From assembly GCA_964106915.2 (NCBI GenBank), contig OZ066918.1: a stretch of 64,000 bases of DNA; one strand, given 5' to 3'. The DNA comes from Podarcis gaigeae (lineage: Eukaryota). Shown piece after piece: positions 48,980 to 61,599 of this stretch (positions within the stretch are counted from its first letter, which is position 1; each line of letters starts with the position of its first letter). The notes below the pieces were generated by a model that was not told the origin of the DNA, made no database searches, and saw only the letters and a list, made by a program, of their open reading frames with translations. Both the position numbers and the translations under genes were made by a program.

Positions 48980-49827
48980 GTCATGTTCATTATTTTGGAA
49001 ATTGGGAGTGAGCAATCTTGGCAGTCTTGCTCAATCATGTTGGCTAAGCTGGTGGGAGGAAGCTTCTGCTTTTAAACTGATGGACAAGCCATAGTGCAGT
49101 TTGGATGTGATATGGCAATTAAGAAAACTTTGTGGCCTTCCCCACCCTTTTGCTCCACCCTCCCTTGGCTCATACAGCCCTTCCTTTTCCTGTTGTTACC
49201 AACAGTAGTTTACAATCATGCCTGACCAGTTTAACCCTAATTTCTCTTAACCATAATTAGCTTTCAAACCAGAGTTTGAAACCAGGATTAGACCCCATTT
49301 GGTCTCAAAATGTGCTTAGCAGTAATTTTTGTTAATCATGCCAGCTCAGACTTTGCAGTCAGGATAGTTACTGCTAGCCAGGAGAAAGCGCTGAGGAGGG
49401 AAGGACATAGGAGCCAACTCCTAAGGGCTGAGGGGACTTCACCCTCTCAATTTTTTTGAGGGGGCTGCCCCCCCAGTTGATGGACATTGCCATTCAAATG
49501 GTGTGCAAGCACTGTGTCATGTGATGCAGGGCGCTGCTTACCTGACACCCCCCATATTTTATTCAAGTTGGCACCCCTGGGGGGGGGGGAGGAGTCTGCT
49601 CCCAGTTCCCAAACCATGGCAGTGGGGAAGTGTGATATCTGAATTAGACCTTTGTTCTCTAAAGCTTTATAAAATGTGAAGTACACTCTGTGCCTGGAAA
49701 AGTAGGACAAAATAATTGAATAACGCTTGATTACACAAGAAGATGGTTGGCAAATATTTCGTAGATGTCTTCATGCTTTGGTAATCCAGACTTGAATTAG
49801 AGAAAATTAATGGTCTTTTACTTATAG

Positions 49828-49914
49828 ATTACAATGTGGGATCTGGCTAGTGGAAAGCTTTTGAGATCAATAACAGATGCTCATCCTCCAGGAACAGCAA
49901 TTTTGCACATCAAG
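49828..49914 (+). CDS. VPS8: VPS8 coding exon 8 (ITMWDLASGKLLRSITDAHPPGTAILHIK)
   Basis: WD-repeat segment; AG/GT boundaries. Confidence 0.95.
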
Positions 49915-50109
49915 GTAAGAAATATTAATTAATTCTGCTTTGTGAGCTGTGTTGGCTGCACTGAAATTGTGTTAGATCTTTCTGACGATAATAAATTGTG
50001 CACACCTAATACAGCACCGGTATTTCTTACCTCAAAATTTGAATTGCATAGGAAAGAGAAGTATATTAAAAATATCCCACCCACTTCTGAAAGGCGACAG
50101 ATATTTAAA

Positions 50110-50930
50110 AATCCAAGGCCTGGTTATAGAAGAAAGCTTTTGCCTGGTGCATAACAATATATAATGATGGTGCCAGGCAAGAGCATTCTACAAACAGTGA
50201 GGCACATGAAGAAGGGCCTCAGATGATGATCGCAGGGTCCGGGTTTGATTCATAGGGCCAGAGGCAATTCTTGAGGAACCATGGTCCTGATCCCTTTAAG
50301 ACTTTATAGGTCAAAACCAGCACTCTGAATTGGGCCTGGAAACTAATTAACAGCCAGTGCAATCAGGCCAGGTTTGGCGTTATGTGCTCAAACTGTCTTG
50401 CCTCAGTAAGCAACCTGGCTGCTAAATTCTGCACCAGCTGAACTTTCCAAATTGTCTTCAGAGGCAGCCCCACATATAGCACATTACAATCCAGTGGTAC
50501 CTTGGGTTACATATGCTTCAGGTTACATACGCTTCAGGTTACAGACTCTGCTAACCCAGAAATATTACCTCAGATTAAGAACTTTACTTCAGGATGAGAA
50601 CAGAAATCGTGCTCTGGCGGCGCGGCAGCAGCAGGAGGCGCCATTAGCTAAAGTGGTGCTTCAGATTAAGAACAGTTTCAGGTTAAGTATGGACCTCTGG
50701 AATGAATTAAGTACTTAACCCAAGGTACCACTGTAATCTGACCTGCAGGTTACCAGAGCATAGACAACAGAGGTTAGGCTATCCCTGTTCAGATAGCAGT
50801 GAAGCTGGGCTAGCAGCAGAAGCTGATAGAAGGCATCTGTACCACTGAGGCCACCTGAGCCTCAAGCGACAGCAGTTGGTGCAGAAATACCCCTAAGCTG
50901 TGTAACCGCTTCTTCAGAGGGAATGTGACC
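50110..50930 (-). mobile_element. Degenerate L2 fragment, interrupted by a family-B MITE
   Basis: ctttataggtcaaaaccagcactctgaattgggcctggaa and neighbouring text parallel the L2 at 54320. Confidence 0.65.
50492..50733 (+). mobile_element. pogo/Tigger-type MITE, family B
   Basis: TIR cagtggtacctt / aaggtaccactg. Confidence 0.82.
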
Positions 50931-51067
50931 CCATTAAGAGCAGGCCACCTCCCATCCATCTGGTTTAGGGTAGTGCCCATTAACAAGTGAGGTAATGTTA
51001 ATGAAAGAAAGTTTTAAAAGTTGCTGCGAAGATAGACGCGTGGGGGGAAAAGTAATGTTCTGTTCAG

Positions 51068-51135
51068 TTTACAGATGATCCAACGCTAGCGATTTGCAAC
51101 GACAGTGGAGGCTCAGTATTCGAACTCTCTTTCAG
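51068..51135 (+). CDS. VPS8: VPS8 coding exon 9 (FTDDPTLAICNDSGGSVFELSFR)
   Basis: AG/GT boundaries. Confidence 0.95.
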
Positions 51136-51483
51136 GTAAGAATCTGTGGTGACAGCATTGTTGGAAATAGACCCTTTATAATGGAATCTTTTCTAAGAAC
51201 TTGAAGTGCAGCATTTCAAACACCAGGTTGTGCTCAAGATTTCAAGTTGAACAGACTGAGGAAAAACACTAGAGGCTTTAGAGGCCTCATTCTCTCTTGA
51301 GTATCCTTTAAGTATCCTGGTCAGTATCATTTATGCTGCATTTGCAAATGTAGTTGTTAAAAGCCATTCCTGGAATTACATGCAACACTTTTGAAAGCTA
51401 AATTGTATATGCATTTTCCTATACACACAAGTCACTGTTGTAAATTGTTGCTGTTTGTTTATGTCCTTTTACTTTATTCTCAG

Positions 51484-51637
51484 GAGAGTCATGGGTGTGA
51501 GAACATGTGAGTCACGCTGCTTGTTCAGTGGTTCCAAGGGAGAAGTCTGCTGCATTGAGCCTTTACATGCAAAGACTGAACTGAGAGACCATCCCATCAC
51601 CCAGTACTCCCTGCTTGCAATGGCTTCCTTAACAAAG
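51484..51637 (+). CDS. VPS8: VPS8 coding exon 10 (RVMGVRTCESRCLFSGSKGEV...LAMASLTK)
   Basis: AG/GT boundaries. Confidence 0.95.
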
Positions 51638-51727
51638 GTGACTTCTACACAAGACATCCTGTTTTAAAATGGAATAAGTATTGCCGAATGCAGAATGTTT
51701 ATTACTTACTTTCATTTCTACCTGCAG

Positions 51728-51787
51728 ATTCTTGTCATTGGCTTGAAACCATCTTTGAAAGTGTGGATGACTTTCCCATACGGCCGT
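51728..51787 (+). CDS. VPS8: VPS8 coding exon 11 (ILVIGLKPSLKVWMTFPYGR)
   Basis: AG/GT boundaries; follows a 90-nt intron. Confidence 0.95.
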
Positions 51788-52290
51788 GTGAGTAATTTTG
51801 ACAAATTCATGATTGTTCAAAGTGCTCTGGTGGAGCATGAGGGTTACTGAGGCCAACCCTACCATGAAGCAGAGGGAGGAAACTGCCTTGGGTGATAGAT
51901 GCTGCCCCTCACACTCTGACTGTTTCTCCTGATCCTGCCCCATTCAACCCAGCCATTACCCTCTGTTGAAGGACAGAGTTGTGTTTCCCACATGACTTGT
52001 CCTGCACCCCCAAAATTTGCCTGCCTCCTTCACATGCAGTGGAGAATGTTCCTTTCTTGAATCAACTTCTGGTCTAGGCTGCTTCTGTACATGTGACTAG
52101 AGAGCACAACGCCATCTTGTCCTTTGCCTAAGGCAGAAAATTGTCCTAGGCCAGGCCTGAGGATTATTTGAGGAGAACCTTAGTTTGGATGTCTAACACA
52201 GCCTTCCATTGTCTTGTAATAACTTTATACAATACACACTGCACCGATGGAGTAATTCTTTGCCAAATTAGGTATACCTAAGACCATTGA

Positions 52291-52649
52291 TGTGGGACGT
52301 GGGTGGCGCTGTGGGTTAAACCACAGAGCCTAAGACTTGCTGATCAGAAGGTCGGCAGTTCGAATCCCCGTGACGGGATGAGCTCCCGTTGCTCAGTCCC
52401 AGCTCCTGCCAACCTAGCAGTTCGAAAGCACATCAAAGTGCAAGTAGATAAATAGGTACCACTCCGGCGGGAAGGTAAACGGCGTTTCCGTGTGCTGCTC
52501 TGGTTCGCCAGAAGCGGCTTAGTCATGCTGGCCACATGACCTGGAAGCTGTACGCCGGCTCCCTCGGCCAATAAAGCAAGATGAGTGCCGCAACCCCAGA
52601 GTCGGCCACGACTGGACAAAATGGTCAGGAGTCCCTTTACCTTTACCTT
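52291..52649 (+). mobile_element. Sauria SINE, full length
   Basis: 12-bp TSD taagaccattga; (accttt)n tail. Confidence 0.92.
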
Positions 52650-52948
52650 TAAGACCATTGAAATCAGTAGGCTTAAGTGCACCCACCTCTGCAAGGACTG
52701 GAGATGCTAATGTTGTACATTTCAAGCTAATTGCGTCTTTATAAAGCTTTGGAAAGTAAGGAATTTTTTATATATATTTAGTAAAGAGCATGATTATAGC
52801 ATGGTTGAATCAGCAAGTTTTTTTGTAAATTGAGTTTAAATTAGACCAGTATATTTCACTTTCAAACCAGTACTTCACCCCCCTCTACAGTCAGTACTTT
52901 TTCTTTCTTTTACTTGGTGCTAAGAATCTCGTATATTTTCATCTTTAG

Positions 52949-53056
52949 ATGGACCCCTCCAGTGTTCCATTGCTAGCATGGCATTTTGTTGCTGTACAGA
53001 CATCTGTGAATCCTGTGCTTGCCTTCTGCCGAGGAGATGTTGTCCATTTCCTTCTG
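52949..53056 (+). CDS. VPS8: VPS8 coding exon 12 (MDPSSVPLLAWHFV...GDVVHFLL)
   Basis: AG/GT boundaries. Confidence 0.95.
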
Positions 53057-53538
53057 GTAAGGTTCATTTTATCAATCAGCTTTGGAGAGTTGCTTTCTAA
53101 ATACATATTCCCTCAGAGTAGTTGGTCATTAACTTACAGAAGCTCAGACTGTAAGATGGCAACAGTTGTGTTGTAAATGAGTTTCTCAGTTTACTAGTCT
53201 GTTGAAAAAGCCAAAGTATCTAATTGTTCAGTTTGATTTTCACTTGAGTGTACATTCGTATTAGTGGGAATCACTTTTATTTCCTGAATTATTTGTATTA
53301 AAAAATATATCAGAGCTGTTCTCAACAAATATGATACAGTAAAACACACACAAGCTGATCACCAGCTGACTATCATGAAAAATGTTGGCAAATTTAAAAA
53401 GTTTTCTGCAGGTGTTAGACGAAAACACAGCTGAAGGTAGCACAATTGTAAGCAGCCCAATTGCTGGATGGACCAATGGTCTGACTCTGTATAATGCAGT
53501 TTATTATGTTCCTATGAATTACCTAATTTCATCACCAG

Positions 53539-53619
53539 GTCAAAAGAGATGAATCTGGAGCAATACATGTTACAAAGCAGAAGCAGCTACATCTGCACTA
53601 TGACCTCATTAATTTTACA
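53539..53619 (+). CDS. VPS8: VPS8 coding exon 13 (VKRDESGAIHVTKQKQLHLHYDLINFT)
   Basis: AG/GT boundaries. Confidence 0.95.
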
Positions 53620-54021
53620 GTAAGTTGTTATGTTTTATTTTCTAGTGGGAAATGCGAAGAATTTTGTTGCTAAAAAAGAAATAGGCATTTCTTCCATTTA
53701 ATAGGCTCTTAACTCTTCAGAAGATGAAACTTGTCTGGGTAATGATGGTGAGGGGTGTCAGATGTTTATGTAGTGGTCTCCCTGCTGGCCTCTGTTGGCA
53801 GAGAGGAGCACCACCATTTAGGGAGCTGTGCTGTGACTGAGGCTGCAATGTCACTCAGCTAAGCTACTTCCAATTATTCTCTCACCTTTTTTTTAGCAGG
53901 ATCCAGGGGCTCAAGGATCCCCCTAGCAAATAACAAACAAAAACCCCACAGTCTGACATGACCAGTGCAAGCTGGTTGCTGAAATGGCTCCTCAACGTAC
54001 AGTGAAATGGCTTTCAACGTA

Positions 54022-54223
54022 CAGTGGAACCTAGCTTCAGGTTACAGACTCCGCTAACCCAGAAATAGTACCACAGGTTAAGAACTTTGCTTCAGGATGA
54101 GAACAAAAATCGTGCTCCAGCGGGGCGGCAGCAGTGGGAGGCCCCATTAGCTAAAGTGGTACCTCAGGTTAAGAACAGTTTCAGGTTAAGAACGGACCTC
54201 CAGAATGAAGTAAGGTACCACTG
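54022..54223 (+). mobile_element. pogo/Tigger-type MITE, family B (internally deleted)
   Basis: TA-cagtgg...gtaccactg-TA. Confidence 0.8.
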
Positions 54224-54319
54224 TACTTAAATACATTGTTGCCACTTTAATAGTTCTCATTGTGTTGTCTCTTGAGCCGCGATCTTAATTTCTTCTGATT
54301 TGCCTTAGTTTGATTCTAG

Positions 54320-56670
54320 TAATAATAATAATAATAATTTTTTATTTATACCCCGCCCTCCCCAGCCAAGGCCGGGCTCAGAGCGGCTTACAAGCAATAA
54401 TAAAAACAAGATGAATGATTACAACTTAAAAACAAAAATAAAATACAACATTAAAATAATGGAACATTAAAATATTAAAATGTAGCCTCATCGCAGGAGA
54501 AGGAAAAGAAAGAAAGAGGAGGAAAAAAAAAAAAGAGAGAGAGAGAGAGGGGGAGGGAATCAAATTGGCTCCAAGCCAAAGGCCTGGCGGAACAACTCTG
54601 TCTTACAAGTCCTGCGGAAAGAAATCAGATCCTGCAGGGCCCTGGTCTCATGAGGCAGAGCGTTCCACCAGGCCGGAGCCAGAGTTGAAAAGGCCCTGGC
54701 TCTGGTTGAAGCCAATCTAACTTCTTTAGGGCCTGGGACCACTAGGGTGTTATTATTTATGGACCTTGAGGCTCTCCGTGGGGCATACCAGGAGAGACGG
54801 TCCCGTAGGTACGAGGGTCCTAGGCCGTGAAGGGCTTTAAAGGTCAAAAGCAGCACCTTAAATCTGACCCTGTACTCCACCGGGAGCCAATGCAGCTTGA
54901 AAAGCACTGGGTGAATATGCTCCCATGGCAGAGACCCCGTGAGGAGCCTCGCTGTAGCATTCTGTACCTGCTGGAGTTTCTGGGACAGCTTGAAGGGCAG
55001 CCCCGCATAGAGCGAATTACAGTAGTCAAGCCTGGAGATGACCGTCGCATGGATCACTGTGGCCAGGTCGGGGCGGGAAAGGTAAGGGACCAACTGCTTG
55101 ATGCGGCGAAGGTGGAAAAATGTCGCCTTGGCTGTTGCTGTAACTTGCGCCTCCATGGAAAGGGAGGCATCAAGGATTACACCCAAACTCTTAACGGAAG
55201 GCAATGGCACTAATTGGGCCCCCGCAAGAGAAGGGAGTTGGTCCCTCATCCCCATGCCATCCCGACCTAGCCATAGGACCTCTGTCTTTGAAGGATTTAG
55301 TTTCAATCGGCTCCCACGAAACCATCCAGCCACAGCTTCCAAGCATCTGGTCAGTGTGTTCGGGGCCGAGTCAGTGTGGCCATCCATCAGCAGATAGAGC
55401 TGAGTGTCATCAGCATATTGGTGACAGCCCAGCCCATAGCTCCGGATAATCTGGGCAAGGGGGCGCATAAAGATGTTAAAAAGCATCGGGGAGAGAGTTG
55501 CGCCCTGCGGCACTCCACACACGAAGGAGTGGCGCAACGACATTTCCCTCCCTAATGCCACCCTCTGTCCCCGACCAGAGATAAAAGAGCACAACCAGTT
55601 ACGGGCTATGCCCTGTATCCCTACGTCTGCAAGGCGGGGTCCAGAAGATCATGATCGACCATGTCAAAGGCTGCTGACAAATCTAAAAGGATCAGCAGTC
55701 CTGACCCACCTCGATCCAGTTGTCTACGGAGATCATCTGTTAGGGCAGCCAGAGCCGTCTCCGTCCCAAAACCAGGACGGAAACCGGACTGAAATGGATC
55801 TAATGCCGATGTTTCCTCCAGAAACCTACCAAGCTGTTCAGCAACCGCTCTCTCAATTACCTTACCCAGGTATGGAAGATTTGAAACTGGGCGGTAATTG
55901 GATAGGTCTAAGGGATCTAATGAAGTTTTTTTTAAGAGTGGACACACCACTGCTTCCTTCAATTCCCCTGGGAATGTCCCCGTGTCAAGGGACAAATTGA
56001 TAATTTCAACCAGGGGGGTCCGCACAACATCTGGACACTCCCTAATCAGCCAAGACGGGCACGGATCAAGGAGGCAGGTGGTGGGCCTACCAACTTGGAG
56101 GAATCTATCCACATCAGTAGGGAGTATCCGATCGAAATGGTCCAACACTGGACCTGAAGTCAGTCGAGGGGCCTCCAGTTCAGTCACTGTATCTAAATTG
56201 GCAGGGAGGTCACGGCGGAGCAACAGGACTTTCTCCGCAAAAAAACTCGCGAATGCCTCACAGCTGTGGGTCGAATTTGTGCTTAAATTTGGTTGTCCTC
56301 CTAAGGACGTTATTGACCTAATTATTTTAAAAAGTTGTGCCGGGTGAGAGCTAGCGGATGCAATGGAAGCTGCAAAGTAAGATTTCTTAGCAGCTTTCAT
56401 AGCCATCTCATAGGCTTTCATAAGCGTCCTATAAGATGTTCTTGAGGCTCCGTCACGAGTCCGTCGCCATACTCGCTCTAGCCGTCTGAGATCCCGCTTC
56501 ATTTTCCGGAGCTCCTCAGTAAACCAAGGGGCCCGGTTTCGACGGGGTCGCAGAGGGCGCTTAGGCGCGATCTCATCAATGGCTGCCAAGAGCCGGTTAT
56601 TCCAGTCCTCAACAAGGTCATCTAATGAGTCGCCAGGAGGAGCAGGGTTCCGCAAGGCTTGTCGGAATCT
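54320..56670 (-). mobile_element. 5'-truncated L2-clade LINE with near-intact reverse transcriptase (one frameshift)
   Basis: ORFs 55621-56655 (NYRPVSNLP...QSGFRPG...LLDLSAAFD) and 54560-55594 (GVPQG...YADDTQLY...SRLDYCNSL...LHWLPV); (ATT)n tail. Confidence 0.93.
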
Positions 56671-57041
56671 ATCGTCAACATTAACTATTATTGGAAGTGT
56701 GTTTAAGACTTGAATAACCTGGAGGTTTAAAAAGTATAAACGTATAACCTACAAATATGAATTTTTTTAAAACTTCATTCTAGTTTTGTGCCTTGGGGCT
56801 TAAAGGAGTGCTTCAAGTTTTGCTCCCAATGGTTGTGGAGACCATCATATTAAGAAAGAGCTTGTCATATAATTGTGGGGATTTGTACATCACACTTGAG
56901 ATTTTCCACTTTAAAATGTATATTTCTAGTCTTGCTGATTGTGGTTAAATATTCCCAGGAAAATTACATGACATTCCTCTCTAACATATTTGTACTGAGA
57001 CCCCAACTTCTAAAGTTAGTCATGTTGCCACCAGCTATATA

Positions 57042-57310
57042 CAGTGGTGCCTCGCAAGACGAAATTAATCCGTTCCGCAGGTCTCTTCGTCTTGCGGTTT
57101 TTTCGTCTTGCGAAGCACGGCTATTAGTGGCTTAGCGGCTATTAGTGGCTTAGCGGCTTTAAGAAAAAGGAAAAAAACTTGCAAGACGAAACGTCTTGCG
57201 AAGCAAGCCCATAGGGAAATTCGTCTAGCGAAGCGACGCAAAAACCGAAAAACCCTTTCGTCTTGCGCATTTTTCGTTTTGCGAGGCATTCGTCTTGCGG
57301 GGCACCACTG
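57042..57310 (-). mobile_element. pogo/Tigger-type MITE, family A
   Basis: TIRs and TA TSD; opposite orientation to the 35275 copy. Confidence 0.85.
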
Positions 57311-57345
57311 TAATTCGGATGCTATGGCTTTATAAGATTTACTTA

Positions 57346-57594
57346 AGAAGAAGAAGAAGAGTTTGGATTTGATATCCTGCTTTATCACTACCCGAAGGAG
57401 TCTCAAAGCAGCTAACATTCTCCTTTCCCTTCCTCCCCCACAACAAACACTCTGTGAGGTGAGTGAGGCTGAGAGACTTCAGAGAAGTGTGACTAGCCCA
57501 AGGTCACCCAGCAGCTGTATGTGGAGGAGTGGGAACCGCAAACCCGGTTCCCCAGATTACGAGACTACCGCTCTTCACCACTACACCACACTGG
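57346..57594 (-). mobile_element. Squam3-like SINE
   Basis: Near-identical to 25741-26030. Confidence 0.8.
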
Positions 57595-57673
57595 CTCTCT
57601 TAGTGCCCAATAATATCCCCTGTCCTTTTGTGTTATTACTTGTTGGTACCTGTTACCTTTGCTTGATTTCTAG

Positions 57674-57844
57674 TGGATAAATTCACGCACAGTGGTTCTT
57701 CTGGATAGTGTGGAGAAACTGCATGTGATAGATCGTCAGACGCAGGAGGAACTTGAGACTGTGGAGATCTCAGAAGTCCAGTTAGTGTACAACAGCAGCC
57801 ATTTCAAATCATTGGCTACAGGAGGCAATGTCAGCCAAGCACTG
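57674..57844 (+). CDS. VPS8: VPS8 coding exon 14 (WINSRTVVLLDSVEKLHV...GGNVSQAL)
   Basis: AG/GT boundaries. Confidence 0.95.
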
Positions 57845-58018
57845 GTACGGCCAAATGAGATATGTACTTAATGAACATGTTGGTTTGTTAAGAATTCCTA
57901 TCTAACATCTGGTGTGTCCTGAAACTGCAGCTAAATAACATCTCTCTCTCTCCCCCGCCCCCACCGTTTCTTATTATAGTTCTCTATTTTTGTACAATTG
58001 GGTTCTGTGTTCTTCCTT

Positions 58019-58080
58019 TATGGCATAACTGTAGCAATAGAGAGAAACTGTATGGCATAACTGTAGCAATAGAGAGAAAA
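58019..58080. repeat. 32-bp tandem duplication
   Basis: tatggcataactgtagcaatagagagaaa occurs twice in tandem. Confidence 0.9.
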
Positions 58081-58634
58081 ACTATTCTACAATGATGAGA
58101 GCAGACATACAGAAAGGACCTTCCTCTCCTTCCCAACTATATACACTTCAGCACATCCAAAAGATACCTTGAAACTCTGCCATCATTTTGCTGCACACAG
58201 AAATTGTTTGTTTGCTTACATAGCAATCACAGTCTCATATCCAGATTTTAAAACTTGACCATAGTTTTGTTCTGTCTCTTGCCCATTTGGTAAATTTCAG
58301 CAGAAATTAGCTTATGTTTCAAGCTTCTGCATTGCAAACTACACGTCTGAAATATAGTCAACCTATTTGGTAAATATTAGCTGCCTTGTTGACCCATAAC
58401 ACATCATTAAAACTCTTAGTGGATCACAGATGAATGTGAAATAACTACTAAATGCTCTACTTTGAATTTGTCACCTGCTACTATACAAAGGAGAGAGAGA
58501 AACGACTGAATAATTAAGCTTGTCTGGCTGCACTTATTTTTTCCATTGCCCTATATTCCTCATATATTTTCTTACTAATGAAAAACACCACTACTGTACT
58601 CTTGTACTAGATAAAAACACTCCATGTTTTTTAG

Positions 58635-58709
58635 GCGCTGGTGGGGGAGAAAGCTTGTTACCAGTCCATCAGCAACTGTGGTGGTCAAATATTTTATTTA
58701 GGCACAAAG
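58635..58709 (+). CDS. VPS8: VPS8 coding exon 15 (ALVGEKACYQSISNCGGQIFYLGTK)
   Basis: AG/GT boundaries. Confidence 0.95.
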
Positions 58710-59127
58710 GTAAGTATGACCAGGTTCTTCTAAAACTATTTTATTATTTACTAGGCCTCTTTATCTGCCTCTTATTAGAATGATTAAGTTATTATTATCT
58801 CAGTATAGAATTATTTGTCATTTGTTTTAGTACTTGTAAAGCATGTTGTGTGCTTTGGCAGAAAGGTGCTGTATGTAAATGTAATAAATAGAATAAGGCT
58901 ATAAATGGCTCCTAGTCATGATGGCTATATATACTACCTCCAGCATCAGAGATGGCATGAGAGGTTTTTTGTCTTCACATGTTTCTTGTGGTCCTTTCAT
59001 CTGCATCTTGTTAGCCAGTGTGGAAAACAGGATGCTGGATTAGATAGCCCTTTGATCTTAAACTGCGGGATTCATGTTTCTTCAGCACCTAGAATAAATG
59101 TTTCCCTAAGCATCCTGCCAGCTAGTA

Positions 59128-59483
59128 CAGTGGTGCCCCGCAAGACGAACGCCTCGCAAGACGAAAAACCCGCTAGACGAAAGGGTTTTCCGTTTTGGAG
59201 GCGCTTCGCAAAACGAATTTCCCTATGGGGTTGCTTCGCAAGACGAAAAAAATCTTGCATCCCCCCGCAGGTTTTTTCCGCTTTTTCCGCCCTTTTCTTA
59301 AGCCGCTAAGCCGCTTATCAGCTGTTCCGCTGATAAGCCGCTTAACAGCTGATCGCTGGAAGCCGCTTGACAGCTGTAGCGCTAATCCGCTAAGCTGTCA
59401 ATGGGCTTGCTTCGCAAGACGAAAAATCCGCTAGACGAAGAGAATCGCGGAACGAATTCTTTTCGTCTAGCGAGGCACCACTG
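59128..59483 (+). mobile_element. pogo/Tigger-type MITE, family A
   Basis: TIRs and TA TSD. Confidence 0.85.
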
Positions 59484-59565
59484 TATGGGAATTCATAGTT
59501 ACTACCAACAAATGCTTAAGTAGACAACTGCATTTACTTGTGCTTTTACTTTCCTCTACTTTCAG

Positions 59566-59601
59566 TCTGTCCATGTGATGACACTGAGAAGCTGGAGAGA
59601 G
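59566..59601 (+). CDS. VPS8: VPS8 coding exon 16 (SVHVMTLRSWRE)
   Basis: AG/GT boundaries. Confidence 0.93.
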
Positions 59602-59707
59602 GTAAGAGAAGAGAAAGGCCCTAGTGTATTAAGGCTGCAACCTTAAATTCACTTACATAGGACTAAGCTTTTCTGAAGTAAGTTGGGCTTATAACTGAGT
59701 TATAGGA

Positions 59708-59904
59708 TTCCTTCCAGTAGCACCTTAAAGACCAACTAAGTTAGTTCTTGGTATGAGCTTTCGTGCATGCACATCTGTGTATCTGAAGAAGTGTGCATGC
59801 ACACGAAAGCTCATACCAAGAACTAACTTAGTTGGTCTTTAAGGTGCTACTGGAAGGAATTTTTTTTGTTTTGACTACGGCAGACCAACACGGCTACCTA
59901 TCTG
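59708..59904 (+). mobile_element. PLE pseudo-LTR with inverted partial copy (hairpin), intact hammerhead motif at 59779-59816
   Basis: 16-bp TSD taactgagttatagga (59692-59707, 59905-59920); same family as 13304. Confidence 0.88.
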
Positions 59905-60642
59905 TAACTGAGTTATAGGATGACACTGTAGAGAGCTTAGGTTCATGACTTGGTGACAGGAGGAATGAGCTGCCTTCAAGACAAAACTTTGATGAGTAAA
60001 TATATTATGGACAGAAAACATGGGTTTCCTGTTAATTGAATGCAATATTTTCACCAACCAACATAATAAAGCATTGCTAATCTAGACTGCACTGTCTTTT
60101 TTTTTTGTAATTATTCATGATGCACTGAAAGATCACCTCTGTACTGTTGATGCTGTATATGTATCAGCAATGAGGGAAACTTACAAAAATGTGAAGAAAT
60201 TGCTAAAGGGAGTTAATGGATCATGTTCCTTCCATCAGCAAACCCCATAGTTAGTTTTGTTCCAAACTGACAAGGGGAAGGCAAATAAAATGGGTTGGCT
60301 TATAATTTTAACTGCCATTAATTATTACCCAGCTCCATGTTATTCAAAGGGCAGTTGTTTTGATGTTATGATGTTAATCAATTTTCAAAGCTTTATAGAA
60401 TGGATTTGTGGAGTACTGTTTTTGAGTGGCTGATTGATCTGAGACACGTGTATGTGTGGGTCATGCACATTGTATTTTTGCGGGGGGGGGGGGGCGTTGA
60501 ATGTTTCTGTGTTGGAGCAAGCATCCTAGAAATGTCTTAAAACACAAACAGAGCAATTAGAATTCCTGAATTAAATCCTTAATTGGAGATTGCCTTTGGT
60601 CACAATCTGTAACAGTTGTCGCTGTTGTGTATCTGCCTTCAG

Positions 60643-60733
60643 AGAATAGATCATCTTCTGAAACAAGACTGCCTTAATGAAGCACTGGCTCTTGCTTGGT
60701 CCTTTCATGAAGGAAAAGCCAAGGCTGTTGTAG
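60643..60733 (+). CDS. VPS8: VPS8 coding exon 17 (RIDHLLKQDCLNEALALAWSFHEGKAKAVV)
   Basis: AG/GT boundaries. Confidence 0.95.
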
Positions 60734-61111
60734 GTAAGTTTGATTTAGGTATTGTACCACCTAAGTAATTGCTTCAACAAAAGCCCCCCCCCCCCCCAAT
60801 TGCTTACCTTCTAGCAGCTGATCTTAAGAGGTATATTACCTATGAACATGGGACTTTCCGCTTTCTGTCCTGGCTAAAAGCCATTATTGGTACACCTGCC
60901 TTTCATAGATTTGTCTAATCCCATGCTAAAATTAATCCTGCCTGTGTTTTAATTCTACAGTGTATGTGGTGGTGGTTATACACTTTAAAGTTGTGTTTTG
61001 AGACATTTAATTTTTTTTAAATTGCCTACTCTGAGTTATAATAAGTGAGGAGCTTTTTCATTTGCAGTCTGACCTGGAAAAGACTTGGTATTCTGTTTTG
61101 TTTTTTAACAG

Positions 61112-61158
61112 GGTTATCTGGAGATGAACAGAAACGAAAGGCTGTTGTTGCAGACAGA
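61112..61158 (+). CDS. VPS8: VPS8 coding exon 18 (GLSGDEQKRKAVVADR)
   Basis: AG/GT boundaries. Confidence 0.93.
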
Positions 61159-61394
61159 GTGAGTTTTTCCTCTTCCTAATCTCATCTTTTTTTTCAAATA
61201 TAGAGCTACATTCTGTCTTTTTTTTCTGTACGATTTCGCTTTTGTTTTCCCAACAAACAGCTTAATTAGGGTGGGTGTGTTGGTATATGTCTGAATGTAA
61301 AAGCAATGACAATTAAAAGTCATACTTGCCATCAGTGCATATTGTTCTCTTACATCATAAGTGATGCTCATCCTTATTAACAAATACCAGAGTA

Positions 61395-61599
61395 CAGTGG
61401 TACCTCGGGTTACAGACGCTTCAGGTTACAGACTCCGCTAACCCAGAAATAGTACCTCGGGTTAAGAACTTTGCTTCAGGATGAGAACAGAAATCGTGCT
61501 CCGGCACGGGGCGGTGGGAGGCCCCATTAGCTAAAGTGGTACCTCAGGTTAAGAACGGACCTCCAGAATGAATTAAGTTCTTAACTAGAAGTACCACTG
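61395..61599 (+). mobile_element. pogo/Tigger-type MITE, family B
   Basis: TA-cagtggtacct...gtaccactg-TA. Confidence 0.82.

Noticed and set aside
54827-56347. Plus-strand ORFs of 80-175 aa
   Set aside because: Antisense shadows of the L2 reverse transcriptase.
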